From NCBI GenBank assembly GCA_963695655.1, contig CAVOHG010000008.1, forward strand, positions 909,380 to 973,379: a stretch of 64,000 bases of DNA. The letters run 5' to 3'. Shown here piece by piece: positions 21,295-31,744 of this stretch (positions are counted from its first letter, which is position 1; each line of letters begins with the position of its first letter). A program made the translations under genes and the position numbers. Source of the DNA: an uncultured Acidobacteriota bacterium. Lineage in GTDB: Bacteria > Acidobacteriota > Vicinamibacteria > Vicinamibacterales > 2-12-FULL-66-21. The notes under the pieces were generated by a model. That model did not search any database. It was not told the DNA's origin and worked only from the letters and a program-made list of their open reading frames with translations.

Positions 21295-24200
21295 ATGAAA
21301 ACGATTCGTGCGTGTCACAGCGTCTTGTGCATCGCGCTGCTGCTGGCTTTTGCCAGCGCTACAACGGCCCAGGAGTTCCGGGCCACCGTGAAGGGCCAGG
21401 TCGTCGATTCGAGCCAGGCGGCCCTGCCTGGTGCGACGATCACCGTCCGTAATCAGGACACCGGCGAGCTCGGCACCGCCACGTCGAACGGCGAAGGCAA
21501 CTACACCGTCCCGTTTCTCCGTCCCGGCCTGTACAGCGTGACGGTGGAAATGGAAGGGTTCCAGAAATACACGCGGAGCGACATGCGGCTCGAAGTGAGC
21601 CAGGTCGCGGTCATCAATGCGCAGCTCGGCGTCGGTGGCCTGGCCGAGAGCGTCAATGTTTCCGCCGAAGCGCCGCTGCTCGAGACGAGCAACGCGAACC
21701 GCGGCACCGTCATCGACCAGGCCCGCATCGCCGAGCTGCCGCTGCAGTCGCGCAGCCCGATGGCGCTCGCGACCCTCGTGGCCGGCGTCAACTACAACGC
21801 CCAGGCGGTCTACCTCCGTCCCTTCGACAACGGCGCGCTCGCCGACTGGTCCATGAACGGCGGGCAGAACCGCAACAACGAGTTTCTCCTCGACGGCGCG
21901 CCGAACAACGCCAACCAGGGCGGCAACAACATCGCCTACGTGCCGCCCGCCGAAGCCGTGCAGGAGTTCAAAGTCTCAACCAACTCTTATGACGCGCAGT
22001 ACGGCCGGACGGCCGGCGGCGTCATCAACATGTCGCTGAAGTCGGGAACGAACAACTTCCACGGCGTCGGCTACGACTTCATGCGGCGCAAGGGCCTCGC
22101 GGCCAACTCGTTTCTCCTCAACTCGCGCAGCGCACCGAAGACCGACCAGTACATCGATCAGTACGGCTTCAGCGTCGACGGCCCGATCATCAAGAACAAG
22201 ACGTTCTTCCTGTTCACCGGGGAGAAGTACCGGGAGGGCACGCCCAACCCCTTGTTCAGCACGGTGCCGACGCCGGCGATGAAGAACGGCGACTTCAGCG
22301 GCCTGGTCGATGCCTCGGGGCGTCTCATCACCATCTACGACCCGGCGACCGGCCGCGACGTGAACGGCTTGTGGGTCCGCGATCCGTTCCCGGGCAACCG
22401 AATCCCGGCGAATCGCATCTCGCCGACAGCGCAGATACTGTCGCAGTACTTCCCGGACCCCAACGGCACCACCACGGGCGTCGCGCCGTGGCAGCAGAAC
22501 CTCCAGTACCCCGACCACTTCAACAAGGACATCTTCTGGAACTGGGTCGGTAAGGTTGACCACAACTTCAGCGCGAACGACCGCGTGTTCTTCCGGTGGG
22601 GAGAGAACAAGCGTAACGAGATTCGCAACACCAGCGCGATCAAGGACGGCGTCGCGCAGGACGGGCAGCTTCCCCTGTGGCGCGCCAACCGCGCCCTGGT
22701 CGGCGACTGGGTGCACGTGTTCGGCGCCGGGACGGTGTTCAACCTGCGCAGCAGCTACACCTATTTCCTGGAGTGGAGCTACTCCACCGACGGGCTCGGT
22801 TTCGATGCGACGCAGTTCTGGCCGGCGAATCTCGTCAACCAACTGCCGAGCAAGCAGATCGGGGGGATCTTCCCGCGCATCGAGTTCACCAATAATGGCA
22901 ACAATGAGTTCGTGAACCTGTCGCGCGGCTCGGCCCCGAACCGGAACAAGATCTATACGCTCCAGCCGAACGTCTCGCTGAACCGCGGCGCCCACAACAT
23001 CCGCAGCGGCCTCGACGTGCGGTGGACGAACGTCTTCGCCGAGAACTACAACAATTCGGGCGGTCTCGTGCAGTTCACCCCAAACTTCACGCGCAGCACG
23101 CTCAACAGCACGAGCGTGCTCGAAGGCAACTCCTTCGCGTCGTTCCTGCTGGGCGCGCCAGCCAGCGGCCAGGTCGATGTCAACCCCATTTCGCACTACC
23201 AGTGGTTCTTCGCCGCCCCCTGGATCCAGGACGACTGGCGGGTCAACAACAAGCTGACCGTGAACCTCGGCTTCCGCTGGGACTTCAACGGCGCGGTGCA
23301 GGAAGCGGACAACAAACTGAATTACGCGTTCGACCCGACCATCGTCAACCCGGTCTCGGCGCTGGTCGGAAAGCAGGTACTGGGCGGGATCAGGTTCGCC
23401 GGGGTGAACGGCGCTCCGACCCAGCCGTGGAAGTACGACAAGAACAACTACCAGTTCCGCACCGGCATGGCCTATTCACTCAACAGCAAGACCGTGTTCC
23501 GTGCCGGATGGGGGAAGTACTTCCTCAATCCGACCAGCCAGTCGTTCAACGCCGGGTTCGCGATCCAGAATCAGATCGTTGCCTCGAACGACGGCGGCCG
23601 CACGCCGACCTACGTGCTGGGGAACCCCTGGCCGAACGGCATCCAGGATCCTCCGGGAAGCTCTCTCGGCCCGCTCACCTTCCTTGGGCGCAATCCGAGC
23701 TTCTCGAATCCTGACTTCATCGTGCCGAACGTCCACCAGTTCTCGATCGGCATCGAGCGCGAGCTGCCGGCGCGGATCTCACTCGACGTGACCTACGCAG
23801 GCAGCCGGAGCCACGACATCGAGGGGAACTTTGGCGGTTACAACGAGCCGTCCGCGGCCTACCAGGCGCAGTGCGACGTGACCAAAGGCGGCAGCCGCAC
23901 CCTCTGCGACCAGCAGGTGACGAACCCGTTCTTCCAGGTTCCCGGCTTCGAGGGCACGAACCGGTTCACGAGTCCGACGCTCTCCGCGTTCGAGCTCGCC
24001 CGGCCGTTCCCTGCGTTCACGAGCTTCAACATGAACCAGCAGAACCTGGGCAGGATGACCTACGACTCGATGCAGTTCGTGGCGAACAAGCGCTGGGCGA
24101 AGGGCGTCACCATCAACGCCGGCTATACCTGGGTGCCGCGGTGGACTGAAACCGGAGCGAACACGACCACCGGCATCGGTAACGCCTACGTCGACGAAGT

Positions 24201-24843
24201 CTCGCTGCTGCAGAACAGCGCCCCGTACTTCTCGCAGCGAAAGCACCGCATCACCGCCTCGGGGGTGTGGGAACTGCCATGGTTCCGCAACGAGCGCAGC
24301 GTCGCCGGTTACCTGCTCGGCGGGTGGTCGATCGCGCCAGCGTTCGTCTACCAGTCGGGACAGCCGTGGGATATGCCCGGTAACGTCGATCTCGCGCCGG
24401 GCGTCGATCCCAAGGACATTGCCGTGCCGGCCGATAAGCAGGGGCGGTATATCTACGGCGTGAAGCCGTGCATTGGCCAGCGGAACGCGGCGACGGGCAA
24501 TTACGACCTGCTGTCCGTGTCGACGGCGTACGGCTGCACCCAGCCCGACTTCCTGATCCGTGAGACCTACCAGCGCCGCACGGCGATGTTCCGCTACGAC
24601 GAGTTCCGGCGGCCATCGTATTGGCAGCTCGACATGAACTTCGCCAAGAGCACGCGCGTCACCGAACATACCCGGATGCAGATCCGCCTCGAAGCGTTCA
24701 ACGTGTTCAACAGCCCGATGTACGACGAGCGCAACTACAACCAGACCACGAGCTCCGCGGACTTCGGCCGGATCGACCGCAACACGGTTGCCCAGTCGAA
24801 CTTCCAACGATTCGTGCAGCTGGGATTCCGCTTCGTGTTCTGA
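21295..24843 (+). CDS. TonB-dependent receptor-like outer membrane protein with N-terminal carboxypeptidase-regulatory-like domain
   Basis: GGAGG Shine-Dalgarno. Signal peptide MKTIRACHSVLCIALLLAFASATTAQE. CarboxypepD_reg (GQVVDSSQAALPGATITVRNQDTGELGTATSNGEGNYTVPFLRPGLYSVTVEMEGF), plug-like region, and a long barrel ending in the terminal F (LGFRFVF). Confidence 0.85.
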   Translation: MKTIRACHSVLCIALLLAFASATTAQEFRATVKGQVVDSSQAALPGATITVRNQDTGELGTATSNGEGNYTVPFLRPGLYSVTVEMEGFQKYTRSDMRLEVSQVAVINAQLGVGGLAESVNVSAEAPLLETSNANRGTVIDQARIAELPLQSRSPMALATLVAGVNYNAQAVYLRPFDNGALADWSMNGGQNRNNEFLLDGAPNNANQGGNNIAYVPPAEAVQEFKVSTNSYDAQYGRTAGGVINMSLKSGTNNFHGVGYDFMRRKGLAANSFLLNSRSAPKTDQYIDQYGFSVDGPIIKNKTFFLFTGEKYREGTPNPLFSTVPTPAMKNGDFSGLVDASGRLITIYDPATGRDVNGLWVRDPFPGNRIPANRISPTAQILSQYFPDPNGTTTGVAPWQQNLQYPDHFNKDIFWNWVGKVDHNFSANDRVFFRWGENKRNEIRNTSAIKDGVAQDGQLPLWRANRALVGDWVHVFGAGTVFNLRSSYTYFLEWSYSTDGLGFDATQFWPANLVNQLPSKQIGGIFPRIEFTNNGNNEFVNLSRGSAPNRNKIYTLQPNVSLNRGAHNIRSGLDVRWTNVFAENYNNSGGLVQFTPNFTRSTLNSTSVLEGNSFASFLLGAPASGQVDVNPISHYQWFFAAPWIQDDWRVNNKLTVNLGFRWDFNGAVQEADNKLNYAFDPTIVNPVSALVGKQVLGGIRFAGVNGAPTQPWKYDKNNYQFRTGMAYSLNSKTVFRAGWGKYFLNPTSQSFNAGFAIQNQIVASNDGGRTPTYVLGNPWPNGIQDPPGSSLGPLTFLGRNPSFSNPDFIVPNVHQFSIGIERELPARISLDVTYAGSRSHDIEGNFGGYNEPSAAYQAQCDVTKGGSRTLCDQQVTNPFFQVPGFEGTNRFTSPTLSAFELARPFPAFTSFNMNQQNLGRMTYDSMQFVANKRWAKGVTINAGYTWVPRWTETGANTTTGIGNAYVDEVSLLQNSAPYFSQRKHRITASGVWELPWFRNERSVAGYLLGGWSIAPAFVYQSGQPWDMPGNVDLAPGVDPKDIAVPADKQGRYIYGVKPCIGQRNAATGNYDLLSVSTAYGCTQPDFLIRETYQRRTAMFRYDEFRRPSYWQLDMNFAKSTRVTEHTRMQIRLEAFNVFNSPMYDERNYNQTTSSADFGRIDRNTVAQSNFQRFVQLGFRFVF

Positions 24844-24894
24844 CGGTTTCCCGCTTTCGGGTCTCAGGGATCCGAGGCATCGACGACCATGTTC

Positions 24895-24934
24895 GGGGCT
24901 CCAGGTTTTCGGACCTGGGGCCCCGAATTCTTTT
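24895..24934 (+). terminator. candidate intrinsic terminator after the receptor gene
   Basis: 12-bp stem ggggctccaggt / acctggggcccc (1 mismatch), 6-nt loop, followed by gaattctttt. Confidence 0.55.
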
Positions 24935-24982
24935 CGGTCAGCCGAACCCTGATCTCACCGGTTCTTCCCTCAGAATAGGCAG

Positions 24983-26371
24983 ATGCCTGTACTGGCCCTG
25001 GCCGCGGCGCTCGGACTTGCCGCCGGACTTCTCGCTGACTCTCCTGAAGCGGCATCAAGAACGATTGCATGGGCCGATCTTGCACCGCTGCAGACCACGC
25101 TCGAGGCGCACGGCGTAACCGCCGCCTCCTTCGGCGCGTTCGTCGAGAAGACGCACGCTGACAGCCTGCGCCGCGTGCGCGAGGGCGACCTCGACCATCT
25201 GGTCTTCTACGCGCTGCAGTCGACACACTTCACCAGCCTGGCCCCCATCGAGCCGGCGCTCAGTGCCAAGGCCCTGGTCGACAACCTCGATGCCGTCGGT
25301 CGAGACGCATTCCTCAAGGGACGTCCTGACATCGAGCCGCCCATTCCACAACCCGTCCGCCAGCGGGTAGCGGCACTGTTGCGCGCGCTCGATTCACCCG
25401 GGAGCGATTCGCGGCTCACCTACTTCCAATCGCTCGTGCAAACGACATTTACCGATCGTCAGAAACGTCAGGCTGGCGTCCTTCGCGAGTACCTGCGGGC
25501 GATGCGCTTCATCTACCAGAAGGAGTTCGTTGCGCAGCGTGCCGGCGCGGACGCGGTCGCCGCGCTCTATCGCACCCGTGGCCTGAGCACGGACACCGCC
25601 GTCGAAGCCGGCTACGTCGTCTACAACGGCCTCGGTATCGTTCGCGCGCTCGATCCGGAACGGCGGATTCGCCGGGTGCTGATCGTCGGCCCCGGGTTGG
25701 ACCTTGCGCCGAGAACAGGACTGCTCGAAGCCGGTCCGCCAGAGAGCTATCAACCCTGGGCGGTCATCGACGCTTTGCTCGCGCTCGGGCTTTCACGCGC
25801 AGATGACTTACAGGTGGTGGGTGCCGACATCAATATCCGGGTCGTGCAGCATCTCGCGCGTTCGCACGCGGCGCCTCCGGTGCTGACGCTGGTCAGCGAA
25901 ATCGCCGAGAGCGATACGGTCAAGCTCTCTGCCGAGTATCGCGATTATTTTGCCCAGCTGGGCGGCGCGATCGGCACCATCACCCAAGCCCGGACCGAGA
26001 GCACGAAAACCTCCGGGCGTCTAATCAAGACTGTGCAGGTCGGTGCCAGGTCGGCCTCGGCCCTCAGCGCGGCCACCGTCGACATCGTCACCGAGCACCT
26101 CGAGGCACCGGCATTCGACCTGATCATTGCGACCAACATCCTGCCGTATTTCGACGACCTGCAGTTGATGCTGGCGATCGGCAACGTCAGCCGGATGCTT
26201 ACGCCCGGGGGTGTGTTCCTTCACAACGAAGCCCGTCCGATACTCGGGGAAATCACCGGGGCACTTGGACTGGAGTTCGAGCAGTCGCGTCAGGTCGTCA
26301 TCGCGACCGTCCGCGGAGCGGCGCCGCTCGCGGACAGGGTGTGGATTCATCAGAGGGCGACGGGGAAATAG
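24983..26371 (+). CDS. hypothetical secreted protein with C-terminal Rossmann/SAM-methyltransferase-like region
   Basis: Intact 462-aa ORF. RRVLIVGPGLDLAP ... FDLIIATNILPYFDDLQLMLAIGNVSRMLTPGGVFLHNE resembles class I methyltransferase motifs I and post-II. The N-terminal 230 aa are unassigned. Confidence 0.45.
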   Translation: MPVLALAAALGLAAGLLADSPEAASRTIAWADLAPLQTTLEAHGVTAASFGAFVEKTHADSLRRVREGDLDHLVFYALQSTHFTSLAPIEPALSAKALVDNLDAVGRDAFLKGRPDIEPPIPQPVRQRVAALLRALDSPGSDSRLTYFQSLVQTTFTDRQKRQAGVLREYLRAMRFIYQKEFVAQRAGADAVAALYRTRGLSTDTAVEAGYVVYNGLGIVRALDPERRIRRVLIVGPGLDLAPRTGLLEAGPPESYQPWAVIDALLALGLSRADDLQVVGADINIRVVQHLARSHAAPPVLTLVSEIAESDTVKLSAEYRDYFAQLGGAIGTITQARTESTKTSGRLIKTVQVGARSASALSAATVDIVTEHLEAPAFDLIIATNILPYFDDLQLMLAIGNVSRMLTPGGVFLHNEARPILGEITGALGLEFEQSRQVVIATVRGAAPLADRVWIHQRATGK

Positions 26372-26430
26372 TTACCAGTTACCAGTTACCAGTCACCAGT
26401 TACCAGGCGCCAGTTGCCAGTCGCCAGACT
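26371..26430. repeat. heptanucleotide tandem array, CCAGTNN family, about 8 direct units
   Basis: gttaccagtta ccagtta ccagtca ccagtta ccaggcg ccagttg ccagtcg ccagact. Confidence 0.85.
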
Positions 26431-26500
26431 GAGACAGCCGAACAGCCGGGAAGCTGACCTGGACCTAACCTTGAAAACCGTACAACGTGAAACCGAGCCT

Positions 26501-26532
26501 TATAACCCTATAACCAAATAACCCTATAACCT
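26501..26532. repeat. four tandem octamers TATAACCN immediately upstream of the oxidoreductase gene
   Basis: tataaccc tataacca aataaccc tataacct, ending 20 nt before the ATG at 26552. Confidence 0.7.
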
Positions 26533-26551
26533 CTGACTCCCCCGATCGAAT

Positions 26552-28141
26552 ATGTCAAAACCTGACGAGATTATGGCGACCGAACCCAAAGCTGTTTCCA
26601 GACGCGACTTCTTTACGACGGCTGCCGGCGTGGGCGCCGCGCTGATGATCGTGCCCCGCCGTGTCCTCGGGCGCGGATTCCAGGCGCCAAGCGATACGGT
26701 CAACGTGGCTGTCGTCGGCATCAACGGGATGGGGGCGGTCAACGCGCGGGCGGTCATGAGCCAGAACATCGTCGCCATCTGCGACTGCGACGACAGTCTG
26801 CTCGACGGAAAACTGGCGGAGTGGACGAAAGCCGTGCGATCGCCGGCGCCGCCGAGAGCAGCGGCGCCCCCGAAGCCTGAAACGGCGTGGAAGGACTTCG
26901 GCCCGACCAGGGCGCAGCTCGCCGCGGACGCACGGTGGGCGAAGACGGACGAAAAGGCCACGCTCCAGCGCTTCGTCGACGAGCAGATCCCACGGCTCCA
27001 GCGCCACCGCGACTACAGGCAGATGCTCGCGAAGCAGAAAGACATCGACGCCGTCATCGTCGCCACGCCCGACCACATGCACGCGATCATCGCGTCAGCC
27101 GCGATGGATGTCGGCAAGCACGTGTACGTGCAGAAGCCGCTCTGCTGGTCGGTACACGAAGCCAGGCACCTGGTGAAGAAAGCCGCGGACACGAGAGTCG
27201 TGACGCAGATGGGCAACCAGCGGCACTCACAGGACGACCAGCGCCGCGTCGTCGACTACATCCAGGGCGGCGCCATCGGGGACGTTGCCGAAGTCCATGT
27301 CTGGACAAATCGCCCGTACGGGTTCTGGCCGCAGGGAATCCCCCGGCCTGCACCGGCTCAGGAATCCGCACGACAGGGCTGGGACAACCGGGCGGTCGAT
27401 CAGCGTGTCGCGGCTGCGATGGCGGGCAACTACCCCGTTCCGGGTTCACTCGCCTGGGATCTGTTTCTCGGCGTCGCGCCGGAGGTCCCCTACCATCCGA
27501 TTTACCATCCGTTCAACTGGCGCGGATGGGTCGACTGGGGTGTCGGCGCGCTCGGCGACATGGGCGCGCACCTGATCGACTTTCCGATGTGGGCGCTCGA
27601 GCTCGGGCTGCCGACGATCATCGAGACCGAAGCCACGCCGTTCAACGGCGCAACGTATCCGAGTGCGACGACGACCTACTACCAGTTCGCCGCACGCGGG
27701 AACAAACCCGCGGTGAAACTCACGTGGTACGACGGTGGGCTCATACCCGCGGCGCCGGAAGAACTGAACGGTGACAAGCTGAATCCCGCGGGCGGGGTTC
27801 TGTATGTCGGCAAGAAGGGCAAGCTCCTGCAGGAGAGCGCCTCGCAGGCGCGGCTTCTCCCTGCGTCGCGCCACAACTCGTTCGGCCCGCCGCGCGATCG
27901 CCTCGTGCGCATCCCCCACGAGGAGCACGAGATGAACTGGATACATGCGATCAAAGGCAAGGACACGATCTCCTGCCCGTTCGACTACGCCGCGCGACTC
28001 ACCGAGACGATGCTCCTGGGGATCGCTTCGCTCCGCGCCGGCACCAAGTTGTATTACGACGCTCCCGCCATGCGCGTCACGAACAACGCTTCCGCCAACC
28101 AGTTCCTGACGAGGGAGTACAGGAAGGGGTGGGCACTATAA
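26552..28141 (+). CDS. Gfo/Idh/MocA family oxidoreductase with Tat signal
   Basis: [23 protein letters not shown]-binding [14 protein letters not shown] ... [12 protein letters not shown]. Typical glycoside 3-dehydrogenase-like family layout. Confidence 0.9.
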   Translation: MSKPDEIMATEPKAVSRRDFFTTAAGVGAALMIVPRRVLGRGFQAPSDTVNVAVVGINGMGAVNARAVMSQNIVAICDCDDSLLDGKLAEWTKAVRSPAPPRAAAPPKPETAWKDFGPTRAQLAADARWAKTDEKATLQRFVDEQIPRLQRHRDYRQMLAKQKDIDAVIVATPDHMHAIIASAAMDVGKHVYVQKPLCWSVHEARHLVKKAADTRVVTQMGNQRHSQDDQRRVVDYIQGGAIGDVAEVHVWTNRPYGFWPQGIPRPAPAQESARQGWDNRAVDQRVAAAMAGNYPVPGSLAWDLFLGVAPEVPYHPIYHPFNWRGWVDWGVGALGDMGAHLIDFPMWALELGLPTIIETEATPFNGATYPSATTTYYQFAARGNKPAVKLTWYDGGLIPAAPEELNGDKLNPAGGVLYVGKKGKLLQESASQARLLPASRHNSFGPPRDRLVRIPHEEHEMNWIHAIKGKDTISCPFDYAARLTETMLLGIASLRAGTKLYYDAPAMRVTNNASANQFLTREYRKGWAL

Positions 28142-28153
28142 GGGGTGCGGTGG

Positions 28154-28173
28154 CTTCCGCCTTCAGGCGGAAG
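28154..28173. repeat. 20-nt palindromic hairpin element, copy 3 (loop inverted: cttccgcc ttca ggcggaag)
   Basis: Same stem as the other copies. Lies between convergent genes. Confidence 0.85.
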
Positions 28174-28200
28174 ATCCACGTGCCGAAACGTGCCACGGAC

Positions 28201-28237
28201 GGCGACTGGTGACTGGCCACTGGTAACTGGTAACTAC
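28201..28237. repeat. heptanucleotide array, CCAGTNN family in reverse orientation
   Basis: gactggt gactggc cactggt aactggt aactac. Confidence 0.8.
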
Positions 28238-28242
28238 TCAGT

Positions 28243-28989
28243 TCACTCCGTCACCTGCGTCAGGAACGGAAGATGATCTGACGCGGCGACGGCCGCCGGA
28301 CCGGTGATGATTTCGCACGCGGGGATGCGGTCGACGTAGGCTCCCGGTACGAACAGGTAATCCAGGCGCACGTGCGGCGCCCAGGTCGGGAACGTGTAAC
28401 CAGGATCGGATCCGTGGAGGCTCCGGTATGCATCGACGTAACCCGCGTCGAGTATCAGCTGGATGGTCCGCCACTGGATGCTCCCTCCACTCAGCCATAC
28501 CAGCGCGCGCAAACGATGAGGCAACTTCCGGAAGTCGAGCAGATCACCGGGCGCGAGAGTGTTGAAATCACCGGTGAGCACGTGGAAGCCCTGCTGGTGA
28601 CGACGGATCGAGGCCAGGAGCGCGCGGAGCTCGAACACGCGCCGCTGTTCGGTCCAGGCCGAGTAGAGCGCGCTCAGGTGGAGACCAAAAATTCGAAGCT
28701 CGCCTCGCCCGGGTTCGATTTCAAGGAATGCGTGCCGTGAGAATCGCGGACGGTGCCACTCGTAGTGGCGCACGCGTTCCCGGCTCATGAACGCCAGCGA
28801 CTCTCCGCGGCGCGACGCCCATTGCACCATCCCGGCGTCAGCCGCGAGCCGCTCGACGACGGAGGGGTCGGTGGCCTCCTGAAAGACGACCAGATCCGGG
28901 CGGGCTTGCGCGATGGCGGCGCTGAGATGCGCCTCCTTGCCTCGGCCGCCCCGGCAGATGTTGTAGCTCAGGATCCGCAGCGTGCTCAC
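28243..28989 (-). CDS. endonuclease/exonuclease/phosphatase (EEP) family protein
   Basis: LRILSYNICRG ... DLVVFQE ... VLTGDFNT ... ASDHLPF: canonical EEP catalytic motifs. Confidence 0.85.
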   Translation of the reverse strand: MSTLRILSYNICRGGRGKEAHLSAAIAQARPDLVVFQEATDPSVVERLAADAGMVQWASRRGESLAFMSRERVRHYEWHRPRFSRHAFLEIEPGRGELRIFGLHLSALYSAWTEQRRVFELRALLASIRRHQQGFHVLTGDFNTLAPGDLLDFRKLPHRLRALVWLSGGSIQWRTIQLILDAGYVDAYRSLHGSDPGYTFPTWAPHVRLDYLFVPGAYVDRIPACEIITGPAAVAASDHLPFLTQVTE

Positions 28990-29492
28990 GACTCCGGCGT
29001 CCCGTCATCCTTCTCGATCAACGTCAGGTAGGGCTGGCCCAGGAGCTCGCCGCGAAAGTAGATGACCGCGTCGCGCGATCCCTGGATATTCACCGGGCGG
29101 CGCACCATGTCCATCAGCTGCTTGCGCAGCGGCACGAGCGTTGGCGCGATGTCGGGATCTTCTTCGCTCAAGGGTCTGGAGTGAACGCCGGGAACGAAGA
29201 AACCGGTCAGCTTGTACAACGCCATCACCTCGTCGCCGCCGACGAGCGTGAGATCGAGATCGCTCGTGCCCGGACCATCCGAGTCGAACGGCGCTCCATC
29301 CTTCCAGCGCTGGCCGGTAACGGCGCTCCCGCGCAGGATGACGCCGGTGCCTGGCGGGATCGCCTGGCGGACGATGTCCACGAATCGATCGAACTGCTCC
29401 TGGCTGCCGCCGAACGCCAGCCGGATCACGTTCTCGCGCTTCTGGTCTGTCGTCAGCTCCTCGGCGGCCGAGCTTGGGTCCTGTTTCTCCAC
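28986..29492 (-). CDS. hypothetical protein, possible minimal nucleotidyltransferase (Pol-beta) fold
   Basis: 168-aa ORF. ILRGSAVTGQ...TSDLDLTLVG resembles the hG[GS]...D.D NTase signature, but the spacing is longer than usual. 4-nt overlap (ATGA) with the EEP gene. Confidence 0.4.
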   Translation of the reverse strand: MEKQDPSSAAEELTTDQKRENVIRLAFGGSQEQFDRFVDIVRQAIPPGTGVILRGSAVTGQRWKDGAPFDSDGPGTSDLDLTLVGGDEVMALYKLTGFFVPGVHSRPLSEEDPDIAPTLVPLRKQLMDMVRRPVNIQGSRDAVIYFRGELLGQPYLTLIEKDDGTPES

Positions 29493-29531
29493 TGTCCCCC
29501 CTGCCCTGCCGTCTGCAACCCGTGCGCCGAT

Positions 29532-30851
29532 CTACAACTCGGTCAGCGGTGGTGCCGGACGGGCGACAAACGCGCCCGGGTGCCATTTGTGGGCGAATGC
29601 ATCTGCAGCATCAGCCTGGACGAGAGCCCAGACGCTGCCCCCGAACCCCGCACCGAAGCTGCTCGATGCGAACGCGCCCAGCCGCCGCGCGGATGTGGCC
29701 AGCGCGACTGTTTCCTCGACCTGATTGGCGAGCAGCGCTTCAGCGTCTGCCTGCGAGGCTGCGGACAGATCGCCAAGAGCCGGGATGTCAAGGCTCTTGA
29801 CAGCACCGATTGCGAGAGGTACGCGCGCGTCTTCGCGGACGAAGTGCTCGAGCCGATTCAGCAGCAAGTCTGCCGCCCAGCCGTCGACATTCGAATGCTG
29901 CGCGAGCTCGCGCATCCGGCCGGCCGCGTCCGCAGATGAATTCAGCGCCGCAGCAAGCGACCGAGACGCGGCCCCGGCGGCATTCCATAACCGAAGCAAC
30001 ACCTGTGCTCCGTCCGAGAGCCTGTTGTATGGGCCCTTCGCCCCGCCGGTCTTGTCCGCGGCCACACCCGAAGGAGTCAGGACAAAACGCCAGTCGTCCG
30101 GCAGTCTCACATCCAGAATGTGGCGCATTGGTACGAACGTGAAGGCGGACAGTGAGCCCGCGTTTCCAGTGACGATGGCGGCGTGATCCTCACTGCCGCC
30201 ATGTGTGCCCACGCCCGAGTCACCCGCCAGCGTCCCAAACGACAACCCGTTCTCGATGCATGCATAGTACGAGGCCGCATCGAGAGGACTGCGAATGTTC
30301 TCACGCCACTCTGTTCGATGCTGCAGGCGCGCCACGCGTCCGAGGGCGGCAGCCACGCCGACCATCAGGGCGCTCGAACTGCTCATGCCGGATGCTCTCG
30401 GAAGATCGCTTGCGATCACCAGCTCCGCTGCCATACTCGCTGCCGGAAAATTGCGAGACAGGCGGTTGATGACCGTGTGCACGTAGTGGCGCCAGCCTGC
30501 CGACGCTGCCTTCACTTCTCCGGCTCGGCCCGCGGGCGGGGGGTTGATCTCGAACGAGGCGCTTTGGGACCGTCCCGCATCGAAGACGTTGATCTTCGTG
30601 CCGGGACGGCCACTGGCGGCGATGACAAAGCCGCGCGGAACGGCAGCCACGAGCGTGCGTCCGCCCGCGTAGTCCGTGTGCTTTCCAAACACTTCGAGAC
30701 GCCCCGGCACCCAGAACACATGCTCGGGCGGGCCCACACCGAGCGTGTGGAAACGTGACAGCACGAGGTCAAAGAGCGTCCGCCTGGACTCGAGGTCGCG
30801 GCTGTCCAGACCGAGTTGGCCAAGCCTCTCGGCGGCGTCGGCAGGAGTCAT
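29532..30851 (-). CDS. GHMP family sugar kinase, galactokinase-like
   Basis: Galactokinase signature PGRLEVFGKHTDYAGG. GHMP motif LPRASGMSSSSALMVGV. Confidence 0.85.
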   Translation of the reverse strand: MTPADAAERLGQLGLDSRDLESRRTLFDLVLSRFHTLGVGPPEHVFWVPGRLEVFGKHTDYAGGRTLVAAVPRGFVIAASGRPGTKINVFDAGRSQSASFEINPPPAGRAGEVKAASAGWRHYVHTVINRLSRNFPAASMAAELVIASDLPRASGMSSSSALMVGVAAALGRVARLQHRTEWRENIRSPLDAASYYACIENGLSFGTLAGDSGVGTHGGSEDHAAIVTGNAGSLSAFTFVPMRHILDVRLPDDWRFVLTPSGVAADKTGGAKGPYNRLSDGAQVLLRLWNAAGAASRSLAAALNSSADAAGRMRELAQHSNVDGWAADLLLNRLEHFVREDARVPLAIGAVKSLDIPALGDLSAASQADAEALLANQVEETVALATSARRLGAFASSSFGAGFGGSVWALVQADAADAFAHKWHPGAFVARPAPPLTEL

Positions 30852-30903
30852 GCGGCGGTGAGATACCTGATTCGCATTCGCTTAGGGATCACCCAGTCTC
30901 TCG

Positions 30904-31743
30904 TCACAGGCGCACGACGACATCGGCGAGCCTGCGGGACACTTCGATCGCGTCCCCTCGCTTCGACAGATCAAGTACTCCGCCTGAGGCGCGCAGCACA
31001 CGAAACGGCACGCCTCGATCCACCGCGAGCCCCACCGCCTCCGGCAGCTCGAACTCGCCCCGCGCCGACCGGGCGACATCACGACATGCCGCAAAGATTC
31101 GGGCATCGAAGGACCAGCAGTTCATGCTGATCAGATCATCGTCTCTCCACCGCCTGGCGAAGGTCTCAGCGCCGTGACCGGGCTTTTCGACAATGCCGGT
31201 GAGCACGCCGTGACCGTTGACCCGGAGAATCGCAAAGGCGTTGATCCGCTCGACCGGGATGTTGCCTGAGTTCACCAGGTCGGCGGGTTCGAAGGCGGCG
31301 AGGCCTGGCTCCCCCAGCCGCGCCAGATCCAGCAGTGCCTGACGAGGATACAGATTGTCGGCGTTCATGGTCAGGAACGACTCACCGCCGGTCCACTGCT
31401 CTGCCGCAAGAACAGCATTGGCCGTGCCGAGCGCCTCCGGCTGCACGACAAAGCTCAGCGCAAAACGCGACGGCCGCACCTCCACCGAGTACCTATCCAG
31501 CAGTGACTCATGGTCGGGCGCGACAACGAGCGCCACGTGGGTGACACCGGCATCCGCCAGCCCGCTCAACACGTAGTCGAGAAACGGGCGGCCGTTGATC
31601 GGCATCATCGTCTTGAGACCACGGTCGGCTGCCTGCTCCTGCGCCTCGGTCAGCCGCGCGTCCGGATCGGCGGCCTTCATCCGGGAACCAAGCCCGCGTG
31701 CGAGCACGACAGCGCGGGTCGTCGCCAGCCTGCTGTCCGCCAC
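30904..31743 (-). CDS. sugar-1-phosphate nucleotidylyltransferase (NTP_transferase family)
   Basis: AVVLARGLGSRMK ... KTMMPINGRPFLDYVLSGLADAGVTHVALVV: typical N-terminal pyrophosphorylase motifs. Confidence 0.85.
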   Translation of the reverse strand: MADSRLATTRAVVLARGLGSRMKAADPDARLTEAQEQAADRGLKTMMPINGRPFLDYVLSGLADAGVTHVALVVAPDHESLLDRYSVEVRPSRFALSFVVQPEALGTANAVLAAEQWTGGESFLTMNADNLYPRQALLDLARLGEPGLAAFEPADLVNSGNIPVERINAFAILRVNGHGVLTGIVEKPGHGAETFARRWRDDDLISMNCWSFDARIFAACRDVARSARGEFELPEAVGLAVDRGVPFRVLRASGGVLDLSKRGDAIEVSRRLADVVVRL

Positions 31744-31744
31744 C

